Below, one piece after another: positions 57,492 through 64,000 of a DNA stretch of 64,000 bases. A program made the translations under genes and the position numbers. Origin of the DNA: an uncultured SAR86 cluster bacterium (GTDB lineage: Bacteria > Pseudomonadota > Gammaproteobacteria > Magnimaribacterales > D2472); NCBI GenBank assembly GCA_902525635.1, contig CABZHV010000004.1:22859-86858 (forward strand). The letters run 5' to 3'. How positions within the stretch are numbered: the stretch's first letter is position 1; every line of letters begins with the position of its first letter. The notes beneath the pieces were generated by a model that was not told the origin of the DNA, did no database searches, and saw only the letters and a program-made list of their open reading frames with translations.

Positions 57492-58883
57492 TTATTTTCT
57501 ACTTTTAGCTAACGTTTCTGGGTTAAGTAACTTTTCTAGTCTAGATCTAGGTAAATCTATTTCCTCTGATGCAACATCAATAATAGGTCTATTTTCTTTA
57601 TAAGCTTTTTTAGCAACAAATGCAGCTTTCTCATAACCAATAATAGGATTTAATGCAGTTACTAGAATTGGATTTTTTGATAATGCTATTTCTAGATTTT
57701 TATTATTAACTTTAAGGGTTTTAATAGCTTTTTTAGACAAAACATTCATTGATCCTGCCAAAAGATTTATGCTTTTTAATAAGTTATATGCAATTAAAGG
57801 TAACATAACATTTAATTGAAAACTCCCAGATTGTGCCGCCACTGTTATTGATACATCATTACCAATTACATCTGCAGAAGCCATTGCAACTGCCTCTGGA
57901 ATTACTGGATTTACTTTACCAGGCATGATACTGCTGCCAGGTTGTAGTGCTTGAAGCTCTATTTCAGATAAACCTGCCAATGGACCACTATTCATCCATC
58001 TAAGGTCATTAGAAATTTTCATCAAAACTACTGCAAGATTTTTCAACTCTCCTGATAACTGAACTGAAGAATCTTGAGCGCTTATCTCATGATAGAAATT
58101 TTTACTGGGTATAAACTTGTATTTTTTTTTGAAAAGTTTTGAAATTTCTTCTGAGAAAAATTTAGAGAATTTTGTATGAGCATTAATGCCACTTCCAACA
58201 GCTGTCCCACCTTGAGGTAATTCAAGAAGTTTTTTTTCTAGGATTAATATTGATTCTTTTGAGGTAGAAAGTTGGCTTGACCATGCTTTGAGTTCTTCTG
58301 AAAAATCAATTGGCATAGCATCCATCAAATGAGTCCTTCCAGTTTTTATTATACCCTCTAGTTTTTTTGATTTTGTATCAATTTCATCAATTAAGCTATT
58401 TAAAGCAGGCAAAAGTTTTTTGGTCAAATCCATATGTGCACTAATTTTAATTGCGGTAGGAATAACATCATTACTACTTTGGCACATATTTACATCATCG
58501 TTTGGACTTACCTTTTCTTTTATATTTTTTGTTGCTAGATTCGCAATAACTTCATTTGCATTCATATTAGAACTTGTTCCAGAACCAGTTTGGAAAACAT
58601 CGATTGGGAATTGATCATGATGTTTTTCTTGCCATACTTCCTTTGCTGCTTTTGATATAGCTCTTGCTTTTTTATTTGAAAGTAATTTTAGTCTTAAATT
58701 TGACTTTGCAGCAGCATCTTTTATAAGTCCTAAGGCAGAAACGAAAGATTTTGTAAAAGGAAAGTCCATTTTTATGCCACTGATTGGAAAATTGTTAACA
58801 GCTCTTTGTGTTTGTGCGCCCCAAAGAGCTTTAGCAGGAACCTTCACTTCTCCTAAACTATCTTTTTCTATTCTATATTTCAT
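57492..58883 (-). CDS. fumC: class II fumarate hydratase
   Basis: 463 aa. N-terminal EKDSLGEVKVPAKALWGAQTQRA (fumarase-type GAQTQR) and the lyase signature GSSIMPGKVNPV. Confidence 0.9.
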   Translation of the reverse strand: MKYRIEKDSLGEVKVPAKALWGAQTQRAVNNFPISGIKMDFPFTKSFVSALGLIKDAAAKSNLRLKLLSNKKARAISKAAKEVWQEKHHDQFPIDVFQTGSGTSSNMNANEVIANLATKNIKEKVSPNDDVNMCQSSNDVIPTAIKISAHMDLTKKLLPALNSLIDEIDTKSKKLEGIIKTGRTHLMDAMPIDFSEELKAWSSQLSTSKESILILEKKLLELPQGGTAVGSGINAHTKFSKFFSEEISKLFKKKYKFIPSKNFYHEISAQDSSVQLSGELKNLAVVLMKISNDLRWMNSGPLAGLSEIELQALQPGSSIMPGKVNPVIPEAVAMASADVIGNDVSITVAAQSGSFQLNVMLPLIAYNLLKSINLLAGSMNVLSKKAIKTLKVNNKNLEIALSKNPILVTALNPIIGYEKAAFVAKKAYKENRPIIDVASEEIDLPRSRLEKLLNPETLAKSRK

Positions 58884-58942
58884 ATTTGTTTATTAATTTG
58901 ATAAGCTATTTTAACATTAAAGAGCACTGGAGAATAAAAACT

Positions 58943-59752
58943 ATGTCAAATGTTGCACCAATTAAAATTGATACTACTGATGGTAGATTGCCCCTGAAAG
59001 AAAAAGGTTTAGTTTTTCAAGAATTTGCGAATCCAGCTGAGGAAAGACGAAATCAATTAGAAAAACTAGCAGCTGGATTTAGGTTATTTGATTATTTTGG
59101 ATTTAATGAGGGAGTAGCTGGTCATATAACCTACAGAGATCCTGAATTCAAAGACCATTTCTGGGTAAATCCACTAGGTGTTCATTTTTCTCAAATATCA
59201 GTTTCAGATCTTTTACTTGTAAATCATGATGGTAAAGTAATTCAAGGTGATAAAGATGTAAATGTTGCTGCTTTTGCTATTCATTCTAGACTTCATAAAG
59301 CAAGGCCTGATGTAAATGCAGCTGCTCATTCTCATTCAATATACGGTAGAACTTTTTCAACGCTCGGTAAACTGCTTGATCCCATATCTCAGGATGCTTG
59401 TGCTTTTTATGAAAATCAGGGCATTTATAAAGATTTTTCAGGCGTCGTAGAGGAAGTTAATGAGGGTGATGAGATTGCTAAAGCTTTAGGCGATAAAAAA
59501 GTCGCAATCCTTCAAAATCATGGTATTTTAACCACAGGTCCATCCGTAGATATTGCACTTTGGTTTTACATGTCTATGGAAAGATGTTGCCAAGCTCAAT
59601 TAATGGCAGACTCTGCAGGAGAGCCGGTTATTATTCCCCATGAAACAGCTGTGAAGACGAGAGAATTTATTGCAAACGACATTGCTGCATGGGCAAGTTA
59701 TCAACCTGCATTTGATAAGATAATTAAAATGCAGCCAGATTTACTAGATTAA
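58943..59752 (+). CDS. class II aldolase/adducin family protein
   Basis: Start moved to the ATG at 58943 (GGAGA Shine-Dalgarno 9 nt upstream). GVAGHITYRD, AAAHSHS and LQNHGILTTG motifs. Confidence 0.8.
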   Translation: MSNVAPIKIDTTDGRLPLKEKGLVFQEFANPAEERRNQLEKLAAGFRLFDYFGFNEGVAGHITYRDPEFKDHFWVNPLGVHFSQISVSDLLLVNHDGKVIQGDKDVNVAAFAIHSRLHKARPDVNAAAHSHSIYGRTFSTLGKLLDPISQDACAFYENQGIYKDFSGVVEEVNEGDEIAKALGDKKVAILQNHGILTTGPSVDIALWFYMSMERCCQAQLMADSAGEPVIIPHETAVKTREFIANDIAAWASYQPAFDKIIKMQPDLLD

Positions 59753-61183
59753 TTAGGGAGCGATTACCGCCTTGGTTTCAAGACATTCTTCAAGGCCGTG
59801 AAGTCCATGTTCTCTTCCGTTTCCTGAGGATTTATAACCACCAAAAGGTGCTCCTGTTCCTCTTGCACCTCCATTAATAATTATTTGTCCTGCCCTTATT
59901 TTTCTTGCAACTTCCTTTGCGTGATCCGGTTCTCCTTGAACATATCCCGCAAGACCATATTCTGTATCATTTGCCAACTCAATAGCTTCATCTTCATTTT
60001 CATATTTAATTATTGATAGCACCGGGCCAAAGATTTCTTCCTTTGCAATTGTCATATCATTTGTTACATTTGCAAAAACTGTTGGTTTGACAAAATATCC
60101 TTTTTCACACCCATCAGGTTTTTCAACACCACCAGCAACTAATGTTGCACCCTCTTCTATGCCTATTTCTATCATTCTTAGTATCTTTTCATATTGTGCT
60201 TTGTTTGCAATTGGTCCAATTCTATATTCACCAAGAGGGTCTCCAACTGTAGTGTTATTTGCTGTTTGTACGGCAACTTCAACAGCTTTATCATAATTTT
60301 TGGCAGAAACTAACATTTTTGTTGGTGCATTACAGGATTGTCCTGAATTTAGGAAACAATGGCCAGCTCCACCCTTTACTGATTTCTCTAAATCAGCAAC
60401 ATCGTCAAGAATTATGTTTGAAGATTTCCCACCTAGTTCTTGATGGACACGTTTAACTGAAACAGCAGATGCTTGCGCAACTGCGATACCAGCCTTAGTT
60501 GAGCCTGTGAATGACATCATAGCTATATCTGGATGTTCAGATAAAGCTGCACCAACAATTGGGCCGTAACCGTTAACAACATTAAATACTCCATTTGGAA
60601 CACCTGCTTTATCAAATACTTCTGCTAAAAGCATTGCGCAGTATGGAGATATTTCACTTGGTTTTAGAACCATGGTGCAACCAGCTGCCAAAGCTGCTGA
60701 AACTTTTGTTGTTATTTGATTCATAGGCCAATTCCAAGGAGTAATCATACCAATGACTCCTATAGGTTCTTTTATTAAAGTGTAATCACCCTCAGGTTTT
60801 TCAAATTCATAATCAGCTAAAGCATCCATAGTTTCTTGTATATTTTTAATTCCTGTCGATGCTTGAGCCCTTTCAGAAAGCCATATTGGAGCTCCCATTT
60901 CTTTTGTAATGATTTGTACAAAATCATCATATCTATTTTTATACTCAACAATAATATTATTAAGTAACTCGATCCGTTGATCTTTTGTGGTGTGTTGGTA
61001 TGAATCAAAAGCTTTTAATGCTGCTGCTACAGCCTTATTAATATCATCTTTTGTTCCAGCGGTGACTTGTCCAACAATCTCTTCATTGGCAGGATTTATT
61101 ACATCAATTAATTCATTGGAGTCAGATTTTATCCAATCACCATTAATATAAAAATTTAAATCATTACTCATTGTATTCTCCAT
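59753..61183 (-). CDS. NAD(P)-dependent aldehyde dehydrogenase
   Basis: 476 aa. ITPWNWP, FTGST, ELGGKS (catalytic Glu) and NSGQSCNAP (catalytic Cys). Confidence 0.92.
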   Translation of the reverse strand: MENTMSNDLNFYINGDWIKSDSNELIDVINPANEEIVGQVTAGTKDDINKAVAAALKAFDSYQHTTKDQRIELLNNIIVEYKNRYDDFVQIITKEMGAPIWLSERAQASTGIKNIQETMDALADYEFEKPEGDYTLIKEPIGVIGMITPWNWPMNQITTKVSAALAAGCTMVLKPSEISPYCAMLLAEVFDKAGVPNGVFNVVNGYGPIVGAALSEHPDIAMMSFTGSTKAGIAVAQASAVSVKRVHQELGGKSSNIILDDVADLEKSVKGGAGHCFLNSGQSCNAPTKMLVSAKNYDKAVEVAVQTANNTTVGDPLGEYRIGPIANKAQYEKILRMIEIGIEEGATLVAGGVEKPDGCEKGYFVKPTVFANVTNDMTIAKEEIFGPVLSIIKYENEDEAIELANDTEYGLAGYVQGEPDHAKEVARKIRAGQIIINGGARGTGAPFGGYKSSGNGREHGLHGLEECLETKAVIAP

Positions 61184-61234
61184 GGAATTTTCGCTTTAAA
61201 TTATAACTAAATACTTATTATTGAACTAGATTAT

Positions 61235-62914
61235 TTAAAATAAACCCTTTATCTCATTAGCTTCATCTAGACCTATAGCTTCAGCTGCTGGAACTCGAGG
61301 AAGTCCTGGCATTGTCATAATTTCTCCACAAACGACAACAATAAATTCCGCTCCTGCAGAGAGTCTGACTTCCCTTATTGGAACCTCATGACCTGTTGGA
61401 GCTCCCATTAGAAGGGGATCGGTTGAAAAACTATATTGAGTTTTTGCCATACAAATTGGATAGCTGCTAAATCCATCGAGCTCTAACTTTTTAAACTGAT
61501 TTCTTACTTTTTTATCAGCAATGATATCCTCTGCTCCATAAATATTTTGGGCAATACACCTTGTCTTATCCCAGAGTGACATATCGTCATCATATAAAGT
61601 TTTGAATTCTGATAAATTCGAATCAGCTATTTTAGAAACTTCCAAAGCAAGATCTGCAGCACCCTTGCCTCCCTTTTCCCAATGGGAGGATATCTTGCAC
61701 TGAACTCCAAGATTTTTACAATAATTTGTAATAGCACTATGTTCTTTTTCGGTATCAGACACATAATCATTTATTCCTACAATGACTGGTACTCCAAATT
61801 TAGTTATATTTTGAATATGTTTTTCAAGATTTTTACATCCTAATATAACTGCATCAACATTTTCTGACCCAAGATCTTCTTTTTTTACACCACCATGCAT
61901 CTTCAAAGCCTTTGTTGTTGCAACAAGAACAACTACATCTGGCTGAAGGTTCGATTTTCTGCACTTAATGTTAAAAAACTTTTCAGCACCTAAATCGGCA
62001 CCAAATCCCGCTTCTGTCACTACATAATCAGCAAGCTTAAGAGCAGTTTTAGTAGAAATAACTGTATTACAACCATGCGCAATATTTGCAAAAGGACCTC
62101 CATGCATGAACGCAGGATTGTTTTCTAATGTTTGAACTAAATTTGGCTGAAAAGCATCTTTAAGTAAAGCTGTAACAGCACCATCCGCGTTTAGTTGTTT
62201 TGCCCTAACTGGTTCATTAGATTTAGTATATCCAATGACAATATTGCCAATTCTCTTTTGTAAGTCTTCGAGGTCAGAGGCCAAACAAAAGACAGCCATA
62301 ATTTCAGATGCAACAGTTATGTCAAAGCCACTTTGTCTTGGAATGCCGTTTCCAGTTCCTCCTAAGCCACATGTTATATCTCTAAGTGACCTATCATTCA
62401 TGTCAACGACACGCTTCCAAGTAATTCGTCTAGGATCGATATTTAATTGATTCTCCCAATGAATATGATTGTCTATCAATGCCGATAATAGATTATGAGC
62501 TGCTCCAATTGCATGAAAATCTCCAGTAAAATGTAAATTAATATCAGTCATAGGAATTACTTGAGCTTTACCACCCCCAGCAGCTCCACCTTTCATACCA
62601 AAACAAGGTCCTAAACTTGGCTCTCTTAGACAAATCACAGCTTTCTTACCAATATGGCATAAGCCATCGACTAGACCAACACTAGTAGTGGTTTTTCCCT
62701 CACCTGCAGGTGTTGGTGAAATTGCAGTAACTAGAATAAGTTTGCCATTTTCTTTTTTTGATACTGAATTTAAAAAGGTCGAATTTAATTTAGCTTTGTC
62801 ATCTCCAAACTTTATAAGATCCTTTTCATCAATGTCTAATAATTTTGCTATTTCTTTTATAGGTTTTTTATTAGCTGCATTAGCAATTTCTAAATCGCTA
62901 GGATAATTAGCCAT
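61235..62914 (-). CDS. fhs: formate--tetrahydrofolate ligase
   Basis: 559 aa. SDLEIA..., [16 protein letters not shown]-loop and [11 protein letters not shown]. Confidence 0.95.
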   Translation of the reverse strand: MANYPSDLEIANAANKKPIKEIAKLLDIDEKDLIKFGDDKAKLNSTFLNSVSKKENGKLILVTAISPTPAGEGKTTTSVGLVDGLCHIGKKAVICLREPSLGPCFGMKGGAAGGGKAQVIPMTDINLHFTGDFHAIGAAHNLLSALIDNHIHWENQLNIDPRRITWKRVVDMNDRSLRDITCGLGGTGNGIPRQSGFDITVASEIMAVFCLASDLEDLQKRIGNIVIGYTKSNEPVRAKQLNADGAVTALLKDAFQPNLVQTLENNPAFMHGGPFANIAHGCNTVISTKTALKLADYVVTEAGFGADLGAEKFFNIKCRKSNLQPDVVVLVATTKALKMHGGVKKEDLGSENVDAVILGCKNLEKHIQNITKFGVPVIVGINDYVSDTEKEHSAITNYCKNLGVQCKISSHWEKGGKGAADLALEVSKIADSNLSEFKTLYDDDMSLWDKTRCIAQNIYGAEDIIADKKVRNQFKKLELDGFSSYPICMAKTQYSFSTDPLLMGAPTGHEVPIREVRLSAGAEFIVVVCGEIMTMPGLPRVPAAEAIGLDEANEIKGLF

Positions 62915-62985
62915 AATTTCTCCATGATGTTCGAAAATATCCTTCAGTATACATATAAGATATTGTTATAACTATAGAATTTTTT

Positions 62986-64000
62986 TTAATTTTTTGCTGA
63001 ACTAAAAGCATCAACTGCTCTTAATCTAGATTCTTTTAAATCAAGAATCTGTATTGGATAATTTAAGTGATTTCTTATCGCTATTGATGGATCATGTATT
63101 TCTTTTTTGTCTAAATCTTTAAGTTCAAACACATGTTTTTTGATAAACTTACCCTGTCCGTCAAAATTTTTTGATTGGGTGATAGGATTAAAGATCCTAA
63201 AGTAAGGTGCAGCATCTGTGCCTGTTGAACTACTCCATTGCCATCCACCATTATTTGAAGAAAAGTCTCCATCTAAAAGATTTTCCATGAAAAATGCTTC
63301 TCCTAATCTCCAATCGTGAAGCATATTTTTAGTAAAAAACATCGCAACTACCATCCTTAGTCTGTTGTGCATCCACCCCTCTGATTTAAGTTGTCTCATT
63401 GCAGAGTCTATTATTGGAAAACCAGTCATTCCATTGCTCCAAGCATCAAATTCTGATTGATTAAAGCGCCACTTAATATTCTTGGTGTAATCCTGAAATG
63501 GCTTTCCTTTGCTTACTTTTGGAAAACAAAACATAATATTTTTATAAAACTCTCTCCAAACAATTTCATCAATCCATTTAGTTATGCCTTTCTCACCAGA
63601 ATCTAATTCAAAATTATTTATCTTTAGCGCTTCTAAAATACATCTTTTTGGTGAAATTATTCCAGATGCAAGATAAGGAGATAATCTACTGGTACCCTCT
63701 AAAATTGGGTCATTTCTATTGATGGAATATTGAAGAACTTTTTTATCTAAATATTCTTCCAATATTGACAGCGCATTTGTTTCACCAATCTTCCATATAG
63801 ACATATCAACAGAATGAGTTTTGTTGAACTTAAAATTAAACTCATTCACATTTGAATTAATATCAGCATTATCTTTAAGAGTATATTTAAATTCTATGTC
63901 TAAAAAATCTAAATTGAAGTTTTCAATCCATCTCCTCTTAAAGGGAGTAAATACTGAGTAGGGTTTCTCTTCCTTTGTTCTAATTGTCCCAGGAGCAAAT
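62986..64000 (-). CDS. phr: deoxyribodipyrimidine (class I CPD) photolyase, partial; N-terminus lies beyond the window end
   Basis: FAD-binding domain motifs WREFY, GWMHNRLRM and GGWQWSSSTGTDAAPYFRIFNP. The frame stays open upstream of the track's GTG (63849) through to 64000, where own translation gives ...KPYSVFTPFKRRW. Confidence 0.88.
   Translation of the reverse strand, partial: FAPGTIRTKEEKPYSVFTPFKRRWIENFNLDFLDIEFKYTLKDNADINSNVNEFNFKFNKTHSVDMSIWKIGETNALSILEEYLDKKVLQYSINRNDPILEGTSRLSPYLASGIISPKRCILEALKINNFELDSGEKGITKWIDEIVWREFYKNIMFCFPKVSKGKPFQDYTKNIKWRFNQSEFDAWSNGMTGFPIIDSAMRQLKSEGWMHNRLRMVVAMFFTKNMLHDWRLGEAFFMENLLDGDFSSNNGGWQWSSSTGTDAAPYFRIFNPITQSKNFDGQGKFIKKHVFELKDLDKKEIHDPSIAIRNHLNYPIQILDLKESRLRAVDAFSSAKN

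Noticed and set aside
1-64000. Search for CRISPR arrays, tRNA/rRNA/tmRNA/RNase P genes, IS elements, integrons and prophage remnants.
   Set aside because: The longest non-coding stretch is about 160 bp, and none shows repeat-spacer periodicity, cloverleaf-compatible G/C-rich stems or terminal inverted repeats. No transposase, integrase or phage-like ORFs are present.

Overview
AT-rich, very gene-dense chromosomal segment: about 63 protein genes, and by my tally from the ORF coordinates only about 1.4 kb (about 2%) is intergenic. I found no rRNA, tRNA, CRISPR array, IS element, integrase or prophage signature. The gammaproteobacterial-type LexA box (CTGT-N8-CAG), the low GC, the compaction and the TonB-receptor and lipid-catabolism content suggest a streamlined marine gammaproteobacterium, possibly SAR86-like; this is inference only.

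Content in order:
- leuC (partial) and aroC
- prpBCD, queH, thrH-like and a 5'-nucleotidase run, divergent from lexA
- two small orphans, topA, an orphan, pyrD, galU, rhomboid and nadK
- an acyl-CoA dehydrogenase (ACAD) pair plus an acyltransferase
- rraA, nitronate monooxygenase and a GH3 glycosidase
- GST plus an MsrA/CPYC/MsrB fusion
- an atu/liu-like cluster: carboxylase beta and alpha, TetR, AtuA-like, enoyl-CoA hydratase and a second ACAD pair
- prc, xthA, GNAT, tadA, CIA30 and a DmdA-like GcvT-family gene
- a three-gene module of unknown function (methyltransferase-like, APS-kinase-fold, minimal HxGH nucleotidyltransferase)
- fatty-acid, nagZ and apt genes
- two paralogous lipoproteins
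- guaAB, a gpt-like gene, a TonB-dependent receptor and a purine permease
- phhB, fumC, an aldolase-II gene, an aldehyde dehydrogenase, fhs and phr (partial)

I do not see an obvious defence or mobile system. The best candidates for undescribed biology are:
- the translationally coupled methyltransferase/kinase/nucleotidyltransferase trio (39341-41236)
- two ACAD pairs whose second subunits lack both possible catalytic glutamates
- the GST plus 1-Cys MsrB/CPYC fusion
- a bidirectional SOS-box promoter
- the tandem lipoprotein paralogs

All protein identifications rest on motif recognition from memory. No database search was possible.
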